A DNA stretch of 64,000 nucleotides from Candidatus Marinacidobacterium sp. (GCA_965204755.1 OZ242011.1:800001-864000); one strand, 5' to 3'. Numbered from the stretch's first letter, positions 38,015 to 47,142 are shown. Translations and numbers: made by a program. The notes: generated from the sequence alone by a model not told the origin.

Positions 38015-39504
38015 CGCGCCGTCGGGCGGCCGGTCGGGCGGGCGGTCAGCCGGGAGACCAGGGAGGCGGCGGCCACGGTGGCGAGCGAACCGGCCATCAC
38101 ATCCCAGGTGAAGGCGAGCGGGAACCCGGCGAGCCGGACGGCCGCCGGGACCGCGAAGCCGGCGCCCATGCCGACGAGGACTGCGTTCGGGGTCGCCCGG
38201 CGGGAGAGGATCGCCAGCAGGAAGGCCCCGACGGTGGGGCCGGAGGCGTAGGAGAGCACCGAAAGCCCCGCTTCGAGCGCCGAGGGCGCGCGCTGGGCGG
38301 CGAGCGCGACGCCGGTCTGCGCCAGGCCCCAGAAGACGACGAACTGGCGTCCGACCCGGACCTGGGCCCGATCTTCCGCGTCCGCGGCCGCGCTCGGCCC
38401 GGAAACACCGGACGGGGCGGCCGCGAGCCGCTCCCGCCGGCGCGCCCGCCACGGGAGCCAGAAGTCGCGGACGGTGGTCGAGGCGATGCTCACCAGCGAG
38501 GGCGAGAGCGCCGCCGCGACCACGGCGGCCAGGGCCACCCCGGCCGCCGGCCCGCCCAGTTGCTCGGCGACGAAGGTGGGGAGGACTTCGTCCGGGCGGG
38601 CGAAGGTCCGCGCCCCGTTCCCGTAGTAGCCCCAGAGCCAGGTCCCGATCCCCAGGAAGAGGCCGAACTGCAGGAAGGCGCCGACCCCGGAGAGGACCAG
38701 CCCGGCCTGCGCGTGCCGGAGCGAGCGGGCGGCGAGGAGGCGCTGGACCAGGTACTGGTCGGAGCCGTGGGTGGCGAGCGTGAGGAAGAAGCCGCCGAGG
38801 ACGCCCGCCCCGAGCGTGTAGGGGATCGTCAGGTCGGCGGAGGGGTCGAGGAGCCGCAGTTTCCCGGCGTCCGCCGCCGCGGAGAGGAAGGCGAACGGCT
38901 CCGCGCCGCCGCCCCGGTGGAGCGCGGCCACGATGACCCCGGCGCCGAGCAGGTACACCCCGAGTTGCACCACATCGGTCCAGATGGTGGCGCGGACGCC
39001 GCCCTCCTCGGAGAAGAGCACCATCGCCCCGGCGAGCGCGACGATGCACCACCACTCGGGGACGCCGGCCACGATGGCCACCATGAGCGCGGCGGCGTGG
39101 AGGCGGATGCCGTCGGCGAGGTTCCGGTACACGATGAAGATCGCCGCGGCGGCGCCCCCCACCCGGCGGCCGAACCGGCGGAGGAGCAACTCGTAGGTGG
39201 TGACCACCTGCCCGCGGAAGTAGGCGGGGAGCAGCAGCAGGGCCACGCCGACCCGACCGAGGACGAACCCGAAGGCGATCTGGAGGAACCGGAAGTCCCC
39301 TTCGTAGGCGAAGCCGGGAACCGAAGTGAAGGTGAGGACGCTGGTCTCGGTGGCCACGATGCAGGCGGCGACCGCCCAGAAGGGCGCGGTGCGGCCGGCG
39401 AGGAAGAAGCCGGAGACGGTGCGGTCGCGGCGGCCGACAACCACCCCGAAGGCGGTGATCCCGGCCAGGTAGCCGAGCACCACGAGGACGGTGGAAGGGC
39501 TCAT
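38011..39504 (-). CDS. Sodium:solute symporter (amino-sugar/NanT-SSS-like)
   Basis: IVATETSVLTF, GGVRATIWTDVVQ, HGSDQYLVQRLL. Confidence 0.88.
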   Translation of the reverse strand: MSPSTVLVVLGYLAGITAFGVVVGRRDRTVSGFFLAGRTAPFWAVAACIVATETSVLTFTSVPGFAYEGDFRFLQIAFGFVLGRVGVALLLLPAYFRGQVVTTYELLLRRFGRRVGGAAAAIFIVYRNLADGIRLHAAALMVAIVAGVPEWWCIVALAGAMVLFSEEGGVRATIWTDVVQLGVYLLGAGVIVAALHRGGGAEPFAFLSAAADAGKLRLLDPSADLTIPYTLGAGVLGGFFLTLATHGSDQYLVQRLLAARSLRHAQAGLVLSGVGAFLQFGLFLGIGTWLWGYYGNGARTFARPDEVLPTFVAEQLGGPAAGVALAAVVAAALSPSLVSIASTTVRDFWLPWRARRRERLAAAPSGVSGPSAAADAEDRAQVRVGRQFVVFWGLAQTGVALAAQRAPSALEAGLSVLSYASGPTVGAFLLAILSRRATPNAVLVGMGAGFAVPAAVRLAGFPLAFTWDVMAGSLATVAAASLVSRLTARPTGRPTAR

Positions 39505-39642
39505 TCGCGGGAGAGCGAACCGGACGGAGAACCGGACAGCGAACCGGGGGAACCGGGCGGGAAACCGGGCCGGCGCGGGCCGCCCGTCGAGCGGCGCGCG
39601 GCCGGGCCGCTGCTCCGGCTCAGCGGAGGGGGGCGGGCCGGC

Positions 39643-40368
39643 TCACCCCGGACTCGCCGTGCGGATGACGCGGCCGCGGGAGGTGATGCGGAAGCCGTCC
39701 GGCAGGACGCGCTCCGCCGCCGGCCGGTGGCCGCGGACCTCCCATTCGAGGTCGGCGAAGACTTCGGCGATGGCGATCCGCACGCGGGCGGAGTCCTCCT
39801 CCCCGGAAACGAACGCCTCGAGCAGCGCTTCGCGGGTGGCCGGGTCGCGCCGCTCGGCCAGCGCCCGCACCGCCGCGATGCGGACCGTGTCGTCGCTGCT
39901 CGCGAGGCACCGGGCGAGCCCGGCGGGCTCGGCCTCCACCGAGGCGAGGAACTCGAGGATCTGGACCGCCTTCGGCCCCCGGATCGCCACCGGGTCGCCG
40001 TCCGAGAGAACCTCGAACAGGAAGGCGGCGAGCGCCTCGGCCGGCATGAGTTCGCGGAGCGCGTCCATCGCCCAGGTGACTTCGTCGTGGCCGGCGATGT
40101 AGCGCCGCACCGGCGCCACCGCGCCCTCGCCGACCTCGACCAGCAGGTCGCGCACCCACCGCTTCTCCTGGTCGTCCTGTTCCAGGTTCCCGGCGGTCAT
40201 GGTGAACCGCCGGGCGAGTTGGTACACCGCCTCCGGCGTCCCGATGCCGACCAGGCGCTCCGCGGCGTCCTGCCGCATCTCCGGCTGGGCGTAGCGCTCG
40301 GTGAGCGTCTTCGCCGCCCGGCGGATGCGGAAGGCCAGCCGGCCCTCCCGGGAGAGGAGGGAGATCAC
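39643..40368 (-). CDS. HEAT-repeat protein
   Basis: GTG 40368 overlaps the upstream stop (GTGA). Helical repeats DDTVRIAAVRAL, SARVRIAIAE. Confidence 0.72.
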   Translation of the reverse strand: MISLLSREGRLAFRIRRAAKTLTERYAQPEMRQDAAERLVGIGTPEAVYQLARRFTMTAGNLEQDDQEKRWVRDLLVEVGEGAVAPVRRYIAGHDEVTWAMDALRELMPAEALAAFLFEVLSDGDPVAIRGPKAVQILEFLASVEAEPAGLARCLASSDDTVRIAAVRALAERRDPATREALLEAFVSGEEDSARVRIAIAEVFADLEWEVRGHRPAAERVLPDGFRITSRGRVIRTASPG

Positions 40369-42851
40369 GGGGCGGCGTCCCCGATCTCGGACAGCGGGAT
40401 GTTCCGGATCCGGTACCGCTCCCAGTCCCGGTAGTCGAAGTGCCACCACTCGTGCTCGTACACGGTGAACCCCTGCCGCTCCATGGCCCGCCGCAACGCC
40501 TCCCGCCGCCACCGCTGCTGCGAAGTGCCGCCGGGATAGCCGGGGAAGGCGCGTTCGGTGAACTCGTCGTATCCGGAGACGAACTCGAGGACTTCGCCGG
40601 TGGCGCGGTCCACCAGCCCGAGGTCCACCGCCGCGCCCCGGTTGTGGCGGGAGCCGTCGGCCGGGTCGGCCACGAAGATCCGCTGCTCTTCCGGGGTGGC
40701 GTCGTGGAACATCTTCGTGACGCGCCAGGGCCGGTAGCCGTCGTACACCAGCACTGCGTAGCCGAGGCGGCCGAGGTCCGCGTTGGCGCGGGCCAGCGCC
40801 TCGGCGGCCGGCCGCTGGAGGAAGGCGTCGGCCACTTCGTAGAAGGCGGCGCCCATGAAGTTGTTCTCGCCGGCGTAGCGGACATCGAGGCGGATCTCCG
40901 GGTCGAGGTCGGTCAGCCGGACCAGGTCGGCTTCGAGGAAGTCGCCGGTCTCCTCCGGCGGGGCGGCCGCGGCCGCCCGCGCCCGGAGTTCGGGGAGCGG
41001 CAGCCGGGGTTCGATGCGGAAAGTCCCGGCGGTGGGGCCCGGCCGCCGGGGGAAGACGATGCCGGAGAGGTCGGCGCCGGTCACTGCGCCGGCCGAATCC
41101 CGGAGGAAGCAGAGCGACTCGCCGGGGTAGAGGCCGCCGTCGGGGAAGTCGTAGCAGTCCGGGCGGCCGGCCGCCGGGGTCATCTCGTACCGCTCCAGCC
41201 ACTCGACGAGCACGGTGAGGGCGCCGCCGCGCTCGAACACGAAGAGGAGGTTGTGGGCCCAGCCGTACTCGCCGAGCAGGGGGAGGAACTCCGGCGGCGG
41301 GGGCGGCGGGAGGGGGTCGGGGATCCGCCGGAACCGGCGTCCGCCGACCGAGAGGGCGTCCACCCGGGCCGGCGTTTCCTCGACGACGGCCAACTCCGGC
41401 CCGAAGGCCAGCCGCGAGTCGGCGATCAGGACGCCCGCGGCGTCGTCCGCGGCGAGTTCGAGGGTGGAGTGGCCGACTTCCATCTCCACCCGGTCCCCCC
41501 GCGCGAGCAGCCGCAGCCGGTCCCCCTCCGCCGCTTCGTAGAGGCCGTGGAGCCGCTCCGCCGCCCCGGCGGGAAGCGGCCCGGCGCGGCGCGGCGCGTG
41601 GGGCGGGCCGCCGGCGCGCCGGGCGAGGGCGGCGCGCAGCGTCTCGGCGACCACCCGGGAAACCACCGCGTTCGTGAAGTCCACATTGCTCACGGCCACC
41701 GCGCCGAGTTTCGCTTCGGGCAGGAAGGCGAGTTCCGTGGAGAAGCCGTAGATCGCCCCGCCGTGGCGCGCGGCCCGGTAGCGGACGGGTTCCCCGGCTT
41801 CGTCCGGCGCGTCGGAAGCGTCGGGGGCGACAGAGGCGTCGAGGGCGCCGAGGTAGAAGCCGAGGCCGAACCCGGAAGGCAGTTCTTCCTCGGGATCGTC
41901 CGGGTACTGGACGCGCCACATCTCCTCCAGCCCGGCGGCGGAGAGGACGCCCGGAAGTTCGCCGGCAGACAGGTGCGTCAGGAACCGGCCGAGGTCGCGC
42001 ACCGAAGTGACCAGCGAACCGGCCGGCGCCATCCCCAGCGGGAAGGCGGGCGCGGGGAACTCGCGGCCGTCGTAACTCCACATGGTGGCCCCGGAGAGGC
42101 GCTCCGCCGGGGCGGCGGCGAGGTCGAAGGAACTCGACGGGAGGCCGAGCGGCGCGAGCACTCCTTCGGTCACCGCTTCGGGGAACGGGAGGCCGGTCAC
42201 CGTTTCCAGGACGCGCCCGACGACGGCGATCCCGGCGTTCGAGTACTTCTGCCGGGCGCCCGGCGGGAAGACCGGCGGGACGCCGTTCAGGCTGTCCACG
42301 GTCGCCGCGAGCGAAGGCGAGGAGTCGTCGAAGTAGTGGCCGACCGGCGGCTCCCGCACCAGGCCGGCGCGGTGCGCCATCAACCGCCGGAGGGTGATTC
42401 CGCCCGCCTCCGACGAGCCGGGGGAAGAACCGGGAGACGAGCCGGGGGCGAACCCCGGCAGGTACTCGGTGACTTCGGCGTCGAGGTCGAGTTCGCCGCG
42501 CTCGGCGAGCGCCGCCGCCGCGAGGTCGGTGAAGAGTTTGGAGACCGAGCCCGCCCGGAACAGGGTGTCCACATCCGCCGGGACGCCCGGCCGGGCCTCG
42601 CCGAAGCCCCGCGCCCAGACGATGCGGTCGCCCTCCACCAGCGCCAGCGCGAAGCCGGGGATGCGCTTGGCCTCGAGTTCCTCGACGACGAAGTCGCCGA
42701 TCCCGGCGGCGAGGTCCTCGTACCCCGGATCCGGGCCGATCCGCGCCGGCGTCCCCGGCGGGGCCGCGCCGCTCCCGCAGCCGGCGAGCAGCGCCGGCGC
42801 GAACAGCAGGCCCGCGACGAGACCGGCGCTCCGGCGGCGGGGCTCGCTCAC
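40365..42851 (-). CDS. Lipoprotein: serine hydrolase (beta-lactamase/PBP fold) fused to D-Ala-D-Ala dipeptidase (VanX/DdpX, M15)
   Basis: GTG 42851 and lipobox LLAGC. SxxK (GSVSK), YSN and HGG, then VanX motifs DGYRP, SRHNRGAAVD, EWWHF. Confidence 0.9.
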   Translation of the reverse strand: MSEPRRRSAGLVAGLLFAPALLAGCGSGAAPPGTPARIGPDPGYEDLAAGIGDFVVEELEAKRIPGFALALVEGDRIVWARGFGEARPGVPADVDTLFRAGSVSKLFTDLAAAALAERGELDLDAEVTEYLPGFAPGSSPGSSPGSSEAGGITLRRLMAHRAGLVREPPVGHYFDDSSPSLAATVDSLNGVPPVFPPGARQKYSNAGIAVVGRVLETVTGLPFPEAVTEGVLAPLGLPSSSFDLAAAPAERLSGATMWSYDGREFPAPAFPLGMAPAGSLVTSVRDLGRFLTHLSAGELPGVLSAAGLEEMWRVQYPDDPEEELPSGFGLGFYLGALDASVAPDASDAPDEAGEPVRYRAARHGGAIYGFSTELAFLPEAKLGAVAVSNVDFTNAVVSRVVAETLRAALARRAGGPPHAPRRAGPLPAGAAERLHGLYEAAEGDRLRLLARGDRVEMEVGHSTLELAADDAAGVLIADSRLAFGPELAVVEETPARVDALSVGGRRFRRIPDPLPPPPPPEFLPLLGEYGWAHNLLFVFERGGALTVLVEWLERYEMTPAAGRPDCYDFPDGGLYPGESLCFLRDSAGAVTGADLSGIVFPRRPGPTAGTFRIEPRLPLPELRARAAAAAPPEETGDFLEADLVRLTDLDPEIRLDVRYAGENNFMGAAFYEVADAFLQRPAAEALARANADLGRLGYAVLVYDGYRPWRVTKMFHDATPEEQRIFVADPADGSRHNRGAAVDLGLVDRATGEVLEFVSGYDEFTERAFPGYPGGTSQQRWRREALRRAMERQGFTVYEHEWWHFDYRDWERYRIRNIPLSEIGDAAP

Positions 42852-44569
42852 GGTTCGACGGCGTTCGTCCACTGCGGGTCGTTCAGGGTGTCCGGCGCCG
42901 GCCCGTCCAGTTCCAGGCCGGGGGCGCGGCTGCCGAGCGCGTCGTCGAAGAAGTCGGCGATCCGGTTCCAGAAGATCGCCTTCGGCGGGTAGGCGTCGAA
43001 GCCGTGTTCCCCCCCGGGGAGCACCCAGCGGAGCGACGGCAGACCGGCGGCGAGGCGCGCTTCGTGGAGTTCGAGGCTCTCTTCCGGCGGCACCTGGGTG
43101 TCGCGGTCGCCGTGGAGGAAGAGCACCGGCCCGGGAATGTCGGCGATCGCCTCCACCGGCCGGACGCGCCGGATGGAGAGGCCGGTGCGGAAATAGACGA
43201 AGAACGAGAGCGGCAGCCGGAGCGCCGGATGGCCGCCCCGGGACTCGAGGGTCGAGCCGGCGGTCCGCCAGAGGTCGGCGTACGGGGCGTCGAGCGCCAG
43301 CGCCGGGAGGTCCTGGAGGGCGGCGGCGGCGTAGATCGCGGCGGCCGCGCCGTTGGAGGTGCCGAAGACCACCACCCGCGAAGGGGCCACTCCGGCGAGC
43401 GACCGCAGGTAGCGGACGCTGGCCTCCACATCGTGGCGCTCGTTCAGGGTGTAGGTGATGTATTCCCCGTCGCTCGACCCCCGGCCGGAGAGGTCCATGG
43501 TCAGGATCCCGTAGCCCCGGGCGCGCAGCAGTTCCGCCCCGTGGTCGAGCGCCTGGAACCGGGAGGAGTGCGCGCCGTGCACCCAGACCACGCTCCGCCC
43601 GTCGCCGTTTTCCGGCGGCGGCACCCACCAGCCGCGCAGGGTGTGGCCGCTCCCGGAGGCGAACTCCACCTCGTCGTAGGGAAGTCCGAGGTCCCCGGGG
43701 TGGCGGACGAAGCGGCCCAGTTTGATCGCGAGGATCCGAGTCTCGCCGCCGCGGACGACCTCGGCTTCGACCACTTCGCCGGCGACGCGGGTGCGGATCA
43801 GGCCGCCGGCGAGCGTGCGGGTGTCCGGCCAGACGACGCCGTCCACCGAGGCCACCCGGTCGCCGCGCTCGAACCCGGCGTCCCGGCCGTCGCCGGAGAC
43901 CCGGCCGAGGACGAAGCCCGGCTCGGGTTCCGCCGGCCGCGAGAACCCGAGGAAGATCGTCCCCGGCGTCGGCCCGGCCACGGGGGCGCCGCCGCCGCCG
44001 AAGAGCGGGGCGTCCGGCGTGCGGCGGAGCCCGGTGGTGTACGCGAGCGCCATCCGGTCGAGGACCCGGAAGCCGTACCACCCGGGGACCAGCAGGGCGA
44101 GGGCGAGCGCGGCGTAGAGCCAGCGCCGCCGCCCCGGCCTCGGCGGTGCGGGCGGCCGCGGGAAGGCCTCCGGCGGCCCGACGGGGAACGCGGGCGCGGC
44201 GGGCGGGGTTCCGGCGGCGGGCTTCGGCTCGGCGCGCGGGAGACCCCCCGGGCGGGGGCGCTCCGCCGGCCGGGTCTCCGGGAGCGGAGGCGGAACCGCC
44301 GCCGGGGCGGGCGGCGAGCCGGGCGGCGCCGCGGCCGGCGGGGAATTCCCGGCCCGGCGCCGGACGACGCCGCCGAGGGCGCCGACGAGCCCGGTCAGGA
44401 CCCGGCGCCCGAACCGCCGCAACTCGCGCCGGAAGGCTGCCCCGGGAGCGCTCGCTCCGGGAACCGCCGGGCCTTCCGCGGCGGGCGGGCCGGCGGACCG
44501 GGCGGCAGACCGGGCGGCCTCCCGACCTTCGGGGTGTCCGTCCGGCCTCGCCGGGCGACGGCCGCGCAT
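42848..44569 (-). CDS. Membrane-anchored PDZ + alpha/beta hydrolase
   Basis: Pro-rich N-terminus, one TM, PDZ-like GFERGDRVASVDG, then VHG, GTSNG nucleophile elbow, HGDRDTQVP, GEH. The real start may lie further downstream. Confidence 0.82.
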   Translation of the reverse strand: MRGRRPARPDGHPEGREAARSAARSAGPPAAEGPAVPGASAPGAAFRRELRRFGRRVLTGLVGALGGVVRRRAGNSPPAAAPPGSPPAPAAVPPPLPETRPAERPRPGGLPRAEPKPAAGTPPAAPAFPVGPPEAFPRPPAPPRPGRRRWLYAALALALLVPGWYGFRVLDRMALAYTTGLRRTPDAPLFGGGGAPVAGPTPGTIFLGFSRPAEPEPGFVLGRVSGDGRDAGFERGDRVASVDGVVWPDTRTLAGGLIRTRVAGEVVEAEVVRGGETRILAIKLGRFVRHPGDLGLPYDEVEFASGSGHTLRGWWVPPPENGDGRSVVWVHGAHSSRFQALDHGAELLRARGYGILTMDLSGRGSSDGEYITYTLNERHDVEASVRYLRSLAGVAPSRVVVFGTSNGAAAAIYAAAALQDLPALALDAPYADLWRTAGSTLESRGGHPALRLPLSFFVYFRTGLSIRRVRPVEAIADIPGPVLFLHGDRDTQVPPEESLELHEARLAAGLPSLRWVLPGGEHGFDAYPPKAIFWNRIADFFDDALGSRAPGLELDGPAPDTLNDPQWTNAVEP

Positions 44570-44581
44570 TTCCCGAAGATT

Positions 44582-44653
44582 CTAGTACCGGAACCCCGGA
44601 GGCGGCCTCCCGGTCCCGGGCCGGAACGGGCCGAGTCGGGTCGGAACGGCCAT
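44582..44653 (-). pseudogene. Truncated third copy of the tandem AAA ATPase
   Basis: MAVPTRLGPFRPGTGRPPPGFRY* aligns to the first ~18 codons of the 45865 and 47056 copies, with a homologous upstream region and a decayed -10 box. Confidence 0.75.
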
Positions 44654-44698
44654 CGCCCGCCAGGTAGGGGAACGCCGAAAGGAGATCGCCGCGAGCGG

Positions 44699-45865
44699 CT
44701 ATCCGCCGGCGGCTTCGTCGTCGTCCGGCGGCGGCGCGTGCTCCCGGATGAAGTCCATCAGGCTGGGAATCCCCGGCTCCCAACTCGGCGTCCCCTGCGC
44801 CTTCCAGACGAAACCCAGGTGTTCGAGGGCCTCCGCGGCCTCGAGTTCGGCAGCCCGGTCCCGGGCCGGCCCCGCTCGCCGGATCGCCTTCCGAAACCCG
44901 GTATGCGGGAGCCGCGCCTGATCGCGGAACGCCAGAGCCACTTCGCGCGCCGCCCCGAGCCATCCCTGCCGGTCCAATTCGTCGAACCGGTCGAGGTAGT
45001 AGCGGTTCCGTCGGGTCTCGAACTCGCCGGCGGCCTCTTCCACGACCGCCGTCGTCACCGGGCCCGCTCCGCCGCCGGCCCCGCGGACCCGCCGCCACGC
45101 CGCCCGTCCCCACAACTGCACGAAGAACGGATACCCGTGGCTCTCCCCGACCATGCGCGCCAGCGCCTCCTCCTCGACGCCGATCCCGTCGTCGGCCAGC
45201 GGCCGGCGAATCGCCTCCGCGGCGGCGCCCTCGTCCAACCGGCCGAGCGGGACCTGCTCCGCCCGGTTCCAGAACGACGCTTCCATTTCCGAAAGTCGAG
45301 CCCGCAGGTCGGGCGTCCCGGCGAGGACCAACAGGAACGGCGCCTCGCTGCCCGCCGCCTGCGCGGCGTTCAGGATCCACTGCCCCACTTCCGGCTTCAG
45401 CGTATGGGCCTCGTCCAGCAGGATCAGCAGGGGTTTCGCCTTCGCCCGCGCCTCCAGCGCCTCCGCCAGCAACAACGGCCTTTCCTCGCCCCCGCGCAGC
45501 GAAACCCCCACCCCGGCAATCGAAACACTCTCCGGCGAAACGCTCTCCGGCGCGATCTTCCGCAGCCACGAACCGAGCCCCAGGCGCGCCACGAAGTCGC
45601 CCGGCGACGGGATGTCCGACCCGACCAGCCAATGCGCATCCAGCCCGCCGTCCGCATCGGCCTCCCGCTTCGCCCACCGGAGCAGCGCGGTCTTCCCGTT
45701 GCCGCGCGGCCCGTAGAGGAGGATTTCACCGGGCGCCGACTCACCGCGTCGAAGAGCGGCGAAGTGGCTGCGGAACAGCGACTGTTCCTCTTCCCGCCCG
45801 GCCAGGTAGGGAGGCCGCCTCCCGGTCCCGGGCCGGAACGGACTGAGTTCGGTCGAAACGGCCAT
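44699..45865 (-). CDS. AAA-family ATPase, tandem copy
   Basis: GPRGNGKT, LLDEAH, GYPFFVQ, WEPGIPSLMD; paralog of 16565-17683. Confidence 0.88.
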   Translation of the reverse strand: MAVSTELSPFRPGTGRRPPYLAGREEEQSLFRSHFAALRRGESAPGEILLYGPRGNGKTALLRWAKREADADGGLDAHWLVGSDIPSPGDFVARLGLGSWLRKIAPESVSPESVSIAGVGVSLRGGEERPLLLAEALEARAKAKPLLILLDEAHTLKPEVGQWILNAAQAAGSEAPFLLVLAGTPDLRARLSEMEASFWNRAEQVPLGRLDEGAAAEAIRRPLADDGIGVEEEALARMVGESHGYPFFVQLWGRAAWRRVRGAGGGAGPVTTAVVEEAAGEFETRRNRYYLDRFDELDRQGWLGAAREVALAFRDQARLPHTGFRKAIRRAGPARDRAAELEAAEALEHLGFVWKAQGTPSWEPGIPSLMDFIREHAPPPDDDEAAGG

Positions 45866-45874
45866 CGACCGCCA

Positions 45875-45880
45875 AGTATA
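45875..45880 (-). promoter_or_regulatory. -10 box TATACT of a probable leaderless ATPase transcript
   Basis: 9 nt upstream of ATG 45865 with no Shine-Dalgarno. Same arrangement at 47066-47071 and 17691-17696. Confidence 0.65.
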
Positions 45881-45910
45881 GGAACGCCGAACGGCGATCG
45901 CGGCGAGCCG

Positions 45911-47056
45911 CTATCCGCCGGCGGCTTCGTCGTCGTCCGGCGGCGGCGCATTCTCCAGGATGCAATCCATCAGGCTGGGAATCCCCGGCTCCCAACTCAG
46001 CGTCCCCCGCGCCTGCCAGACGAATCCGAGATGCTCCAGCGCTTTGGCCGCCTCGCCGATACCCGGCCCGCCCCCGCCGCTTCGCGCAATGGCCCGGCGG
46101 AAGGCCGCATGGCTCAACAGGCCCTCACCCCGAAACGCCGCCGCCACCGCCCGCGCCGCCGGGAGCAACTCCCTCTCCTCCAGTTCCCGGTAGCGGTCGG
46201 AGTAGTAGCGGTTCCGCCGGATCTCGAACTCCCCGGCGGCTTCCTCCACGACGGCCGTCGTCACCCGGCCCGCTCCGGCGCCGGCCCCCCGCACCCGCCG
46301 CCACGCCGCCCGGCCCCACAACTGGACGAAGAACGGATACCCGTGACTCTCCCGGACCATGCGCCCCAGCGCCTCCTCCTCGACAGCGATCCCGTCCTCG
46401 GCCAAGGGCCGGCGGATCGCCTCCCCGGCGGCGCCCTCGTCCAACCGGCCGAGCGGGAGTTGCTCCGCCCGGTTCCAGAACGACGCTTCCATTTCCGAAA
46501 GTCGAGCCCGCAGGTCGGGCGTCCCGGCCAGGACCAACAGGAACGGCGCCTCGCTGCCCGCCGCCTGCGCGGCGTTCAGCAGCCACTGCCCCACCTCCGG
46601 CTTCAGCGTATGCGCCTCGTCCAGCAGGATCAGCAGGGGTTTGGCCTTCGCGCGCGCCTCCAGCGCCTCCGCCAGCAACAACGGCCGATCCTCGCCCCCG
46701 CGCAGCGAAACCCCCACCCCGGCAATCGAAACACTCTCCGGCGCGATCTTCCGCAGCCACGAACCGAGCCCCAGCCGGGCCACGAAGTCGCCCGGCGACG
46801 GAATGTTCGACCCGACCAACCAATGGGTGTCCAATCCGCCGTCCGCATCGACCTCCCGCTTCGCCCACCGGAGCAGCGCGGTCTTCCCGTTGCCGCGCGG
46901 CCCGTAGAGCAGGATGGGGGCGGGCGCCGACCGACCGCTTCGAAGAGCGTCGAAGTACCCGCGGAACAGCGACTGCTCCTCTTCCCGTCCGGCCAAGTAC
47001 GGAGGCAAAGCCCCGGTACCGGGCTGGAACGGGCTGAGTCCGGTCGAAACGGCCAT
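45911..47056 (-). CDS. AAA-family ATPase, tandem copy
   Basis: ATG 47056 (MAVSTGLSPFQPG). Core nearly identical to 44699-45865. Confidence 0.88.
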   Translation of the reverse strand: MAVSTGLSPFQPGTGALPPYLAGREEEQSLFRGYFDALRSGRSAPAPILLYGPRGNGKTALLRWAKREVDADGGLDTHWLVGSNIPSPGDFVARLGLGSWLRKIAPESVSIAGVGVSLRGGEDRPLLLAEALEARAKAKPLLILLDEAHTLKPEVGQWLLNAAQAAGSEAPFLLVLAGTPDLRARLSEMEASFWNRAEQLPLGRLDEGAAGEAIRRPLAEDGIAVEEEALGRMVRESHGYPFFVQLWGRAAWRRVRGAGAGAGRVTTAVVEEAAGEFEIRRNRYYSDRYRELEERELLPAARAVAAAFRGEGLLSHAAFRRAIARSGGGGPGIGEAAKALEHLGFVWQARGTLSWEPGIPSLMDCILENAPPPDDDEAAGG

Positions 47057-47142
47057 CGCCCGCCAAGTATAGGAACGCCGAAACGCCGATCCGCGGCGGG
47101 CCGCCGTTCGTCCGGCGGCGGGGCGCGGTCCCCGCGGGCCGA

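Noticed and set aside
40365-41000. Vancomycin resistance cluster
   Set aside because: Only a fused VanX-like domain is present, with no vanH/vanA/vanRS.
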